A DNA stretch of 24,000 nucleotides from Rhizobacter sp. (GTDB taxonomy: Bacteria; Pseudomonadota; Gammaproteobacteria; Burkholderiales; Burkholderiaceae_C). Shown piece after piece: positions 14,306 to 22,172 of this stretch. The translations under genes and the position numbers were made by a program. Location of the stretch: NCBI GenBank assembly GCA_046595475.1, contig JBKJOQ010000059.1. One strand, written 5' to 3'. Below the pieces are notes generated by a model. The model ran no database searches and had not been told where the DNA came from. It worked only from the letters and a program-made list of their open reading frames with translations. The first letter of the stretch is position 1; each line of letters opens with the position of its first letter.

Positions 14306-16036
14306 ATGACAACGATGCACCCCTTGCTGACCCAGCGCCTGCTGGCACTGCTGCTGGCAGCCCTGCTCACGGCCTGCGGCGGCGCCACCACGGGCGGCGT
14401 CTCGGCCACGCCCTCGGGCGCGGCGGCCTTGTCGCTCAGCCTAGCCGGCAGCGCGCACCCTGGGGTCGACCATGTGTGGGTAACGGTCAGCGCGGTTGCC
14501 CTGCACACCGACGCTGACCGCGCCTGGTCGCCCACCGACACCAGCTGGCAGGTGATGCCGCTGGCGCAGCCGCTCACGATCGACATCGCCTCGCTGACCA
14601 ACGGCGTCATCGCCTCGCTCTTCAGCGGCAAAGCCCTGGCGCCTGCCACCTACACGCAGCTGCGGCTGTTCGTGCTGGCACACGACGACACACTGGCCGC
14701 GTCGGCCAAAAACCTGAGCCTGCTCTACAACGCGCAAGTCAGCAGCACCGACAGCGCAGGCACCGTGCACCAGCTGCCGCTAGAAATGCCCGGCACCAGC
14801 CTGGGCCTGCGCGTGGGTTTGGGCGTGGACGCAGGTGTGGGCGACCCGATCACGGCGATCGCCAGCACGCTCAGCAGCATCACGCTGCAGTGGGATCTGG
14901 AACACAGCCTGGTTCATTTCACCGCCGACGATGGGGTGGACCGCTACACCCTGCGCCCCGACCTGCGGGCCTTTGACCTGGCCCGCACGGGCGCCATCGT
15001 CGGCTTGATCGACAAATCGCTGCTGTGCAGCGCCGGCACACGCAACGGCTGCATAGACAACATCGTGATCACCGCCCAGCTGCCAGCCAGCGATGGCAGC
15101 GCCAACGTGAGCGTGCGTTCCACACCCGTGACCGTGGGCGCGAGCTATGCCCTCTTTGCGCTGTACCCACTGCCGGCGTCGCCCACCGGCCAGTTCGACG
15201 TGGTGATCCGCGGGCGCAACATGCAGACCATGGTGGTGCGCCATGTGCCGGCAAGCACCGCCGACCTGCTGGCCACGGCGCCCACGCAGCTCGGCGCCAA
15301 CCCGGGCGACCCCGCCCATCCCATTCCGATGCTCCCCGTGCTGAGTGCGCAAGGCGATGCTCAGGCCAGCCTCTCAAGCGCGCTGTCGCCGCACAGCGCT
15401 CAGCTGGTGTTCGGCCAGACGCTAGCGGGGACGGGTGAGCTGCCCTACGAAGTGGTGATTGCCAACACCGACCCCTTCACTGGCTTGCTCGCGCAGCCCG
15501 TGGCATTGCCCAGCGGCCCGCTGCGCGTGGCGACCTATTCGGCCGACGCGGTGCTCAGCTTCAGCGACGTGACACCGCAAGAAGGACCAGACCGCTACAC
15601 GCTGCGCGCCCACGGGACGCGCTACGACGACCCAGGTGCGCCCAGCAGCGTGTTGGCTACGGGTGGCAGCAATTTCAGCGTGGCTGCGGCCAGCCCACAA
15701 CGCAAAAACACCCTGGGTCTCGCAACGCTAACGCTCAGCGTGAGCGGCGGCTCAACGCAGCGTTTCGACGCAGCGCAAGTGCTGGTGACCGACGTGGCAG
15801 GCATCGTGAGCACGCAAGACATCTCGGCGCTCATCGGCCAGAGCGGTGCGCAGGTCTCGCTGCCGTTGCCCGCAGGCGCGATTGCCGCCGCGCTCGGCGG
15901 CACGGCGGTCTACACCGTGGAAGTGCGCGCCTGGCAACGCGCCACACCCGCGCAGAGCCTGCAGTGGGTGCGCGTGCCAGCGCCGCTTGACCTGCGCAAC
16001 ACCAGCTCGGCCAGCGTGGCCATCACGCTGCCATAG
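14306..16036 (+). CDS. Large lipoprotein, DUF4382-like N-terminal domain (576 aa)
   Basis: Lipobox LLAALLTAC-GG. The N-terminal region ...VDHVWVTVSAVALHTDADRAWSP...LTIDIASL...TYTQLRLFV resembles DUF4382. The remainder is Ala/Ser/Thr/Val/Leu-rich and beta-rich. The start codon (14306 vs 14315) is uncertain. Confidence 0.68.
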   Translation: MTTMHPLLTQRLLALLLAALLTACGGATTGGVSATPSGAAALSLSLAGSAHPGVDHVWVTVSAVALHTDADRAWSPTDTSWQVMPLAQPLTIDIASLTNGVIASLFSGKALAPATYTQLRLFVLAHDDTLAASAKNLSLLYNAQVSSTDSAGTVHQLPLEMPGTSLGLRVGLGVDAGVGDPITAIASTLSSITLQWDLEHSLVHFTADDGVDRYTLRPDLRAFDLARTGAIVGLIDKSLLCSAGTRNGCIDNIVITAQLPASDGSANVSVRSTPVTVGASYALFALYPLPASPTGQFDVVIRGRNMQTMVVRHVPASTADLLATAPTQLGANPGDPAHPIPMLPVLSAQGDAQASLSSALSPHSAQLVFGQTLAGTGELPYEVVIANTDPFTGLLAQPVALPSGPLRVATYSADAVLSFSDVTPQEGPDRYTLRAHGTRYDDPGAPSSVLATGGSNFSVAAASPQRKNTLGLATLTLSVSGGSTQRFDAAQVLVTDVAGIVSTQDISALIGQSGAQVSLPLPAGAIAAALGGTAVYTVEVRAWQRATPAQSLQWVRVPAPLDLRNTSSASVAITLP

Positions 16037-16054
16037 GCCGAGGAAGCATGGGGC

Positions 16055-16465
16055 TCAATGCCCGGGTTCGGCCTTTTTGGGCGGCGGCACCATCAAAAAT
16101 GGAAACGGCAAGGCCAGCATAGGCAGAAAGAGCGTGTCCAGCGGCAGGGAGACGGTGGCCGCCGATGCGCTTTGCACCAGGCCCACCGAACCGAGCGTGG
16201 TCACGGCGGCGAACTTGTATTGCGCCAGGGCTTGCTGGCGATCGAAGTGAGCCCAGTCCATCCAAGGTGAAGCAGCGGGCGCGGTGTCGGCACTGCCCAG
16301 CAGAATGTTGCGCAGCAGCGGGTCGCTCAGGCCGGCGGCGTGCACGGCCGACAGTTCGCTGTCAGCCAGCAGGCGCCCGGGGCTTTCCATCGCCTGGCTG
16401 GCCACGGTGATCAAGGCGAGCAAGGGCGCGGCCAGGCTCCGCACAAGAACGCGGGTGTTTTTCAT
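16055..16465 (-). CDS. Secreted leader-motif protein P5 (136 aa), divergent paralogue with a hydrophobic Pro/Phe-rich tail
   Basis: GGAG RBS 6-7 nt upstream of the ATG at 16465. Signal MKNTRVLVRSLAAPLLALITVASQA, then MESPGRL-LADSELSAVHAAG, with the motif G-[QA] replaced by A-A. C-terminus LDTLFLPMLALPFPFLMVPPPKKAEPGH. Convergent, 18 nt from the lipoprotein stop. Confidence 0.6.
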   Translation of the reverse strand: MKNTRVLVRSLAAPLLALITVASQAMESPGRLLADSELSAVHAAGLSDPLLRNILLGSADTAPAASPWMDWAHFDRQQALAQYKFAAVTTLGSVGLVQSASAATVSLPLDTLFLPMLALPFPFLMVPPPKKAEPGH

Positions 16466-16611
16466 CGGTCTCTCCAGCGCGAGGCCGATCAACACCAGAA
16501 CGCATTTCGCGCCAGGCGTCGGCCTCTTGCCGGATGTATCGACCGGTGCGACGGCGACTTGAGCGCGCCGATGCGCGCTTGTTCACGGCGTCTTGCACCA
16601 CCCGCGATGTT

Positions 16612-17739
16612 TCAGCGCATGAAGCTCAGGCGCGGGCCGATGATCGTCGTCTCGACGAAGTTGGTGCCGTGGTGGTTGCTGGGGCTGAAGGCGAGGTTCA
16701 CGCCGCCGTAGTCCCAGCCCTGGCGGCTCTCGATGGTGCGCACCAGGTTCTCGGAAGTGACGTTCCTGCCGCAACGGTCCAGGGCCTCCATCAGGAAATG
16801 CGCCAGCAAGTAGCCGCCATAGGTGTCGTACGCCACTTTCTGGCCGGTGCGGCTGCACTCCTGCCCGAACTCGCGCGCTGTTGCAGTGGTTTGGCGCCAC
16901 GGGTAGGGGCAGACCTGCGTCATGGCCAGGCCACGGGCGTCTTCCCCCAGCACCGGCAGCGCGCCCACCGCGGTGGAGATGGTGTACAGCGGCGCGTTGA
17001 CGAAGGCGCGGTTGGCCTTGACGTAGCCCACCACCGACGGGCCCACGGCGATCATCAGCACCGCCTGCGGCCGCACGGTGGCAATGGTTTGCGCCGCCGC
17101 CGCGGCATCTGCGCCATCCAGACCCAGGGCGGCCGAGCCGACCAGGGTTGCGCCCTGCTCCTTGATGGCCTGCTCGGCCACTGGCAGCATGAATTTGCCG
17201 AAGTCGTTGTTCTGGTAGACCACGGCGATGCGCGTGCGCGCCAGTGTCACCAGGTTGCGCACCGAGTAGGCGATCTCGTCTTTGAAGCTCGCCTGCGTGG
17301 TGAAGAAGTAAGGGTGGTGCTTCATGCGCAGGTTGGGTGCGCCGGTGTACACGCCCACCAGCGGTACCTTTTTCTCCAACAGCATTGGCAGGCTGGCACC
17401 CACGCCCGCAGTGCTGCCCAGGCCGGTGAGTGCAACCACCTTGTCGCGCTCGATCAGCAAGCCCACGTTCTCCACCGTGCGGCGCGTGTCATAGGCGTCG
17501 TCCAGCAGAATCAGCTCGACCTTGCGGCCGTTGACCCCACCCTTGCGGTTGACCTGCTCAATCGCCAACTTTTCGCCGGCCAGCACACCGGCAAAGGCAG
17601 CCGCCAAGGGGCCGGTGAGCGGTGCACTCTGCCCGATGAGGATGGGCCCTTCCTTGGCCTGCGTTGTGTGCGCGGCGCCAACGCCGAGGGCGGCCACGGC
17701 AGTGCTCAGCACCTGGCGGCGGTTCAATCCGGTTGTCAT
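16612..17739 (-). CDS. ABC-transporter substrate-binding protein, branched-chain-amino-acid (LivK/PBP type 1) family; Tat-type signal
   Basis: N-terminus MTTGLNRRQVLSTAVAALGVGAAHT (twin-Arg). It is followed by ILIGQSAPLTGPLAAAF...AIEQVNRKGGVNGRKVELILLDDAYD, typical of the Leu/Ile/Val-binding family. GAGGAA RBS. No permease or ATPase genes are adjacent. Confidence 0.9.
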   Translation of the reverse strand: MTTGLNRRQVLSTAVAALGVGAAHTTQAKEGPILIGQSAPLTGPLAAAFAGVLAGEKLAIEQVNRKGGVNGRKVELILLDDAYDTRRTVENVGLLIERDKVVALTGLGSTAGVGASLPMLLEKKVPLVGVYTGAPNLRMKHHPYFFTTQASFKDEIAYSVRNLVTLARTRIAVVYQNNDFGKFMLPVAEQAIKEQGATLVGSAALGLDGADAAAAAQTIATVRPQAVLMIAVGPSVVGYVKANRAFVNAPLYTISTAVGALPVLGEDARGLAMTQVCPYPWRQTTATAREFGQECSRTGQKVAYDTYGGYLLAHFLMEALDRCGRNVTSENLVRTIESRQGWDYGGVNLAFSPSNHHGTNFVETTIIGPRLSFMR

Positions 17740-17761
17740 GTCTCATTTCCTCAAAGCGTTC

Positions 17762-17789
17762 AACGGCGGGAGCTGCGCGCCCCGCCGTT
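17762..17789 (-). terminator. GC-rich hairpin between the DUF2147 gene and the SBP gene (possible terminator, no clear U-tract)
   Basis: AACGGCGGG-N10-CCCGCCGTT, a 9-bp perfect stem. The flanking sequence is not T-rich on either strand. Confidence 0.3.
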
Positions 17790-17810
17790 ACCACAAGGCA
17801 TGCGGAAGGC

Positions 17811-18248
17811 TTATTCCGCGCGCACCCACGTCTGGGTGCGACCCAAGAGCGGCGTGCCGATGTAGCCGCGCACCTCGAGCTTGCGGCCGCCGTCCAGGGG
17901 CTTCAGGCGAACCCGGTAGGTCTTGCCGTTGTTGGGGTCGAGGATTTCGCCACCCGACCACACCTCTTCGTCAGGCTGCTTGCTGACGTTGCTCAGGATG
18001 ATCAGGCCCACCAAGCGCTGGTTCTTGCGGTCGTCACCGCACTGGTCGCAGACCGATTCCCTCTTCGACGCGTCGAACAAGGACTCGATGCGCCCGGTCA
18101 AACGCCCGCCGGTCTCTGTCACACGCACGATCGACTTCTCAGTCTTGCCGTCGTCGTCGATCGTCTTCCACACGCCAACGGGGCTGGCTTGCGCCCAGGC
18201 GGCACACGCGCCAAGAGCCAGGGTCACCGCAGCAATGAAACGCTTCAT
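17811..18248 (-). CDS. DUF2147 domain-containing periplasmic protein
   Basis: Signal MKRFIAAVTLALGACAAWA. Blocks GVWKTIDDDGKTEKSIVRV...GRLTGRI and GGEILDPNNGKTYRVRLKPLDGGRKLEVRGYIGTPLLGRTQTWVR match the DUF2147 pattern. AGGAG RBS. Confidence 0.85.
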   Translation of the reverse strand: MKRFIAAVTLALGACAAWAQASPVGVWKTIDDDGKTEKSIVRVTETGGRLTGRIESLFDASKRESVCDQCGDDRKNQRLVGLIILSNVSKQPDEEVWSGGEILDPNNGKTYRVRLKPLDGGRKLEVRGYIGTPLLGRTQTWVRAE

Positions 18249-18658
18249 CTCAATCTCCTCTTGTGGTTGTCAAGGCACACGCAGTCGAGCCGGTAGGCTG
18301 GAACCAGGCCTCTTGTCTCGACAGGGGCGTGTGCCGGCGCTCCGCGCATCGCGCGGCAGCGCACGATATGAGCGAGCCCGCATCTGCGCACTGACTGGCC
18401 AAGCCAATTGCTTGTCTTGCCCGCTACGGGTTTGCACCTCATGGCAGCGCTACACCTTGCGCGCGTTCGCCCAAGTCGCGCATTTGTTGGCAAAGGCACG
18501 CTTCAACAGCGGAACCTAACTCGCAACCAGGCGTTAGGCGTGCACTTGTTCCTTCATTCCAAGCCGCGCGCAGCCTACTCTTTGTTACCGATGCCGCGAA
18601 CAGCCTTTCTTATTCGCCGATTCGCCAGTAAAAGACCTCAACCTCAGAAGGAACCGAC

Positions 18659-19015
18659 ATGCACAGCCACACGTCTTCAAAAGCCCTCCGGGCCATCGCC
18701 TTCTCTCTTGTCGCGCTGAGCGCCTGCACCGCGACCATGGCCGGCGAATCGATTGCAGCTCCGCTCGTCCTCGCCAAGGCCGACACCACCATGCCGTTCG
18801 TGCACTCCATGGCACCAGCGGCCGCCACCAACGAATCGGCAGCCGCCTACCCGTCTCTGGCTGAAGCCGAACTCATCGGCATGGGCTACTCGACCTTTGA
18901 CGCCGTGCTGGCCGAAGCGCTGGGCACGGCCACTGCCGCTGGTTACGGCCCGGCGCCGTCACGTGGCGCCGTCGAGGCCGTGGTGGCCCGCCTCATGGGC
19001 GGCCTGATGCCCTGA
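18659..19015 (+). CDS. Small hypothetical lipoprotein/secreted protein (118 aa)
   Basis: GAAGGAA RBS. N-terminus ...AIAFSLVALSAC-TA (lipobox-like LSAC). The mature part is Ala-rich. No family recognised. Confidence 0.5.
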   Translation: MHSHTSSKALRAIAFSLVALSACTATMAGESIAAPLVLAKADTTMPFVHSMAPAAATNESAAAYPSLAEAELIGMGYSTFDAVLAEALGTATAAGYGPAPSRGAVEAVVARLMGGLMP

Positions 19016-19036
19016 GCGACGCTCGGCAGTTCAGCT

Positions 19037-20752
19037 TCACGCCAAGGGCGCGACCGCGACGCGGTTGCGCCCTTCTTTTTTGGCCCGGTAAAGCGCGTTG
19101 TCGGCCTGCTCCAGCAGCTGAGCGGCATCGAGCCGCGCGTGACCCAGGCACAGCCCGATGCTGATGGTGACGCTCAAGCCTGCGGCCACCTCGTCCCAGC
19201 CGTGGCCTTCGATGGCCGCGCGCAGCCGCTCGCAGGCCTCACCGGCCCACTCGAGCGTTGACGAAGCAAAGACGATCAGAAACTCTTCGCCGCCCGTGCG
19301 TGCGATCAGATCGCCGCCGCGCACACGCGCACGGAACAGGTCGGCCGTGGCCATCAGCACTGCATCACCCACGGCATGCCCGAAGCGGTCGTTCACCTGT
19401 TTGAAGTGATCGAGGTCGAGCACCGCCACAGCCAAAGGGACACCGGTGCGCGTGCTGTGTGACATGAGGCGCGGCAGCTCGCGCTCCACCTGGCGGCGGT
19501 TGCCCAGGCCGGTGAGCGGGTCGGCCAGCACATAGCGGCCCAGCTCGCGAGCCTGCGCCTGCAGGCGCTCGGCTTCGGCAGCCATCTGCTCGGCGCGCAC
19601 CCGCTGCAGCTCAGCCTGCATGCGTGAGCGCTCGGCGCCGAAGAGGGCTTGGTCGAGCTCCAGCCGGTTCATCATCAGGCGCGATTGAGCATCACAGCGC
19701 TGTTCCAGCTGCTCTTTGGTGAGGGCGTGGTACGCCTCGTGGTGTGCGAGCGCCTCGCCCAGGTCGCCACGCGCCTTGTGCGCCAGGTAGAGCTGCAGGT
19801 GCATGTCACGCACCATGGCGTTGGCATAGAGCTCTTGGGCGCCGGCCAGCGCTTCATTCAGCAAGGGCACGGCTTCGTCATAGCGCTTGCCTCGCACCAG
19901 CAGCTCGGCGCGGCTGCCATCAGAGGCCAGCACCAGCGCGCGGTGGCCATGCTGCACGGCGAGCGCGCGCGAATGGTCGAGCAGCGTGTAGGCCGCCTTC
20001 TCTTGCCCGCTCACGCCAAGGTAGCGGCCCAGATTCGACAGCGTCAGCGCCTCGCGATAGGCGTTGCCCGACCGGCGCGCCACGTTGAGCGCTTCTTCAC
20101 CATGGCGGCGCGCGCGCTCCATGGCGGCCTGGGCGCCCACGAGGTCACCACGCGATTCAAGGGCGTCGAAGGCATCGGAGGCCACCACTCCCAGGTTGGT
20201 GAGCGCGCGGTAGATCTCTTCTTCGCTTTGCAGCTCGCGCGCCATGGCAAGCGACTCGGCTAGAAATCGCTCGCCCTCTTCGAAGCGCCCCAAATGCCCC
20301 TTGGTCAGGCCCACGCGGTTGTAGGCCAGGCACAGCAGGCCTGCATCACCGCAGGCGCGTGCAGCTTCCACGCTTTCGCTGACGTGGTCTAGCGCCTCGG
20401 CATTCAGACCGAGGTCGAGCAGCGCCATCGCCATGTTGCACAGCACTTCGGCACGCGCCGCGTCGTCACCCGTCTCACGCAGGGTGGGCAGCACGGCCTG
20501 CCCGGCAGCAATGGCCTGCTCAGCCAGGCCTTCGCGGCAATTGAGCGTCACCAGCAGGCGCAGCGCTTTCGAAAGGCTCGCGCTGTCTTGGGCGTCTCGC
20601 GCCAGAGCCTCGGCTCGCAAGGCGAGCTCGATGCCGCGGGCATGCTCGTCCCGCTCGGATGCCTGCTGGGCCTGCTGCAGCAGGGCGATCAGCGAGGCAG
20701 GGGCTGCCGCCACATGTGGCGCGTGGGATGCTTGCGTGCCGGGCGGGTTCAT
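19037..20752 (-). CDS. Diguanylate cyclase: N-terminal TPR-like repeats + coiled coil + GGDEF domain (GGEEF active site, RxxD I-site)
   Basis: GGEEF is encoded at 19280-19294 (minus strand) and preceded by RGGD-LIART, an I-site at the canonical 5-residue distance. VAVLDLDHFKQVNDRFGHAVGD is a typical GGDEF block. The N-terminal two thirds are helical repeats (ALxxxAxA...). Start set at the Met (20752) that avoids overlap with the upstream gene; the start is uncertain. Confidence 0.9.
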   Translation of the reverse strand: MNPPGTQASHAPHVAAAPASLIALLQQAQQASERDEHARGIELALRAEALARDAQDSASLSKALRLLVTLNCREGLAEQAIAAGQAVLPTLRETGDDAARAEVLCNMAMALLDLGLNAEALDHVSESVEAARACGDAGLLCLAYNRVGLTKGHLGRFEEGERFLAESLAMARELQSEEEIYRALTNLGVVASDAFDALESRGDLVGAQAAMERARRHGEEALNVARRSGNAYREALTLSNLGRYLGVSGQEKAAYTLLDHSRALAVQHGHRALVLASDGSRAELLVRGKRYDEAVPLLNEALAGAQELYANAMVRDMHLQLYLAHKARGDLGEALAHHEAYHALTKEQLEQRCDAQSRLMMNRLELDQALFGAERSRMQAELQRVRAEQMAAEAERLQAQARELGRYVLADPLTGLGNRRQVERELPRLMSHSTRTGVPLAVAVLDLDHFKQVNDRFGHAVGDAVLMATADLFRARVRGGDLIARTGGEEFLIVFASSTLEWAGEACERLRAAIEGHGWDEVAAGLSVTISIGLCLGHARLDAAQLLEQADNALYRAKKEGRNRVAVAPLA

Positions 20753-20777
20753 CAAGGTCGCACTGCGGGGCTTGAGA

Positions 20778-22079
20778 TCAAGCGGGCAAGTCGCTGGGTT
20801 GCAAGGCTGTGGCGAGTACCTTGTCGACACGCTTGCCGTCGAGGTCGACCACCTCAAAGCGCCAGCTTTCCCACTCCACCGAATCGGTGGTCTGGGGCAG
20901 GCGGCCCAGCAGCAGCATCACCATGCCGGCCAGTGTGTTGTAGCGGCCGCGGTCTTCTTCGGGCAGGTCTTTCAGGCTCAGGCGGTCTTTCAGCTCCGGC
21001 ACCGGAATCAACCCATCAAAGAGCCAGCTGCCGTCGGCACGTTGGATGGCCCAGGCATCTTCGGCGGCTGGCGTAGTGAACTCGCCTGTGATCGTTTCCA
21101 TCACGTCGCGCACGGTGATCACGCCCTGCACCTCGCCGTATTCATCGACAACAAAAACCAGCTGCGCACTCGACGCCCGAAACTGGTCCAGCAGCTCCAT
21201 GCCCGAGAGCGTTTCGGGCACGAACACCGGCGGTTGCAGCTTTTCGGTGAGCGACAGTGGCTGGCCCTGCAGCTGCTGCTGCAGCAGCGTCTGTGCCGAC
21301 ACCACGCCCAGCACGTCGTTGAGCCCGCCGCGGCACACCGGGTAGCGCGAATGCTCTTGCCCTGCAATGGCTGCGAGCACGGTTTCCAGCGGCGCCACGG
21401 CGTCGAGCCAGACGATGTCAGTGCGCGGGATCATCATCGAGCCCACCGAGCGGTCATCGAGGCGGAACACGTTGCGCACCATCTGGTGCTCTTGCGCCTC
21501 GATCACGCCGGCGTCCAAGCCCTCTTCGAGGCTGGCAGCAATTTCTTCTTCCGTCACCGAGCGGCTGGGGCCACCGTGAATCCCCATCAGGCGCAGCGTG
21601 GCCTCAGTGCACCACGACAGCAGCTTCACGAAAGGCCGCACCGCCAACGAGAGCCACTCCATGGGGTGCGCCACCAGGCGTGCCACGGTTTCGGGATACA
21701 TCTGGCCGACCCGCTTGGGCACCAACTCGCCGAAGATGATGGTCACGAAGGTGATGCACATCACCACCAGCGCGGTCGCTGAGATGCCAGCCATCTTGGG
21801 CGTGACACCAAAGCTGCTGACCAGCCACGCCCCCAACGGCTCGGAAAAAGCCGCTTCGCCGACGATGCCATTGAGCACGCCGATCGAGGTGATGCCGATC
21901 TGCACCGTGGAGAGAAACTTGGTCGGGTTCTCGTGCAGATCCATTGCGACCTGCGCGCTGGAGTCTCCGGTCTCCACCATCACCTGCAGCCGCGCCCGGC
22001 GGCTGGCGGTGAGCGCCATCTCTGACATGGCGAACAACCCGTTGAGCAGTATCAGGAAGGCAAGAAGAGCTGTTTCCAT
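20778..22079 (-). CDS. Hemolysin-family/CNNM protein (DUF21 transmembrane domain + CBS pair + CorC_HlyC domain; TlyC/CorC-like)
   Basis: The N-terminus METALLAFLILLNGLFAMSEMAL is the typical CNNM/DUF21 start. It is followed by ELVPKRV, a CBS pair region (MIPRTDIVWLD...SRYPVC...GVVSAQTLL...VVDEYGEVQGVITVRDVME) and a C-terminal CorC_HlyC region (...NTLAGMVMLLLGRLPQTTDSVEWESWRFEVVDLDGKRVDKV). Confidence 0.9.
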   Translation of the reverse strand: METALLAFLILLNGLFAMSEMALTASRRARLQVMVETGDSSAQVAMDLHENPTKFLSTVQIGITSIGVLNGIVGEAAFSEPLGAWLVSSFGVTPKMAGISATALVVMCITFVTIIFGELVPKRVGQMYPETVARLVAHPMEWLSLAVRPFVKLLSWCTEATLRLMGIHGGPSRSVTEEEIAASLEEGLDAGVIEAQEHQMVRNVFRLDDRSVGSMMIPRTDIVWLDAVAPLETVLAAIAGQEHSRYPVCRGGLNDVLGVVSAQTLLQQQLQGQPLSLTEKLQPPVFVPETLSGMELLDQFRASSAQLVFVVDEYGEVQGVITVRDVMETITGEFTTPAAEDAWAIQRADGSWLFDGLIPVPELKDRLSLKDLPEEDRGRYNTLAGMVMLLLGRLPQTTDSVEWESWRFEVVDLDGKRVDKVLATALQPSDLPA

Positions 22080-22172
22080 GAACCGGGGCCCGCCCGGAAC
22101 GCACTGTACGAAGAAGCGGGCAAGCGTAGCAGAGTCGTTCTGCGGTGCAGTGACAGGCCGCAGAATGACGTC

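Noticed and set aside
16534-17865. 443-aa ORF on the plus strand
   Set aside because: Antisense to the LivK-type binding-protein gene, which has a clear family signature, Tat signal and RBS. The translation is Arg/Ala/Gly/His-rich with no recognisable domain.
18488-18503. Sigma54-like TGGCA...GC element upstream of the small lipoprotein gene
   Set aside because: The spacing between the GG and GC dinucleotides is off by one and the -12 region does not match TTGCW. There is no enhancer-binding-protein gene nearby.
20753-20857. N-terminal extension of the GGDEF gene overlapping the CNNM gene 3' end
   Set aside because: It would overlap the upstream gene by 80 nt. The extension is Ser/Thr/Pro-rich with no function. 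The start remains uncertain, but Met at 20752 is more parsimonious.
20433-21782. 449-aa ORF on the plus strand
   Set aside because: It spans the junction of two well-supported minus-strand genes (GGDEF and CNNM/CorC). Shadow-ORF composition.
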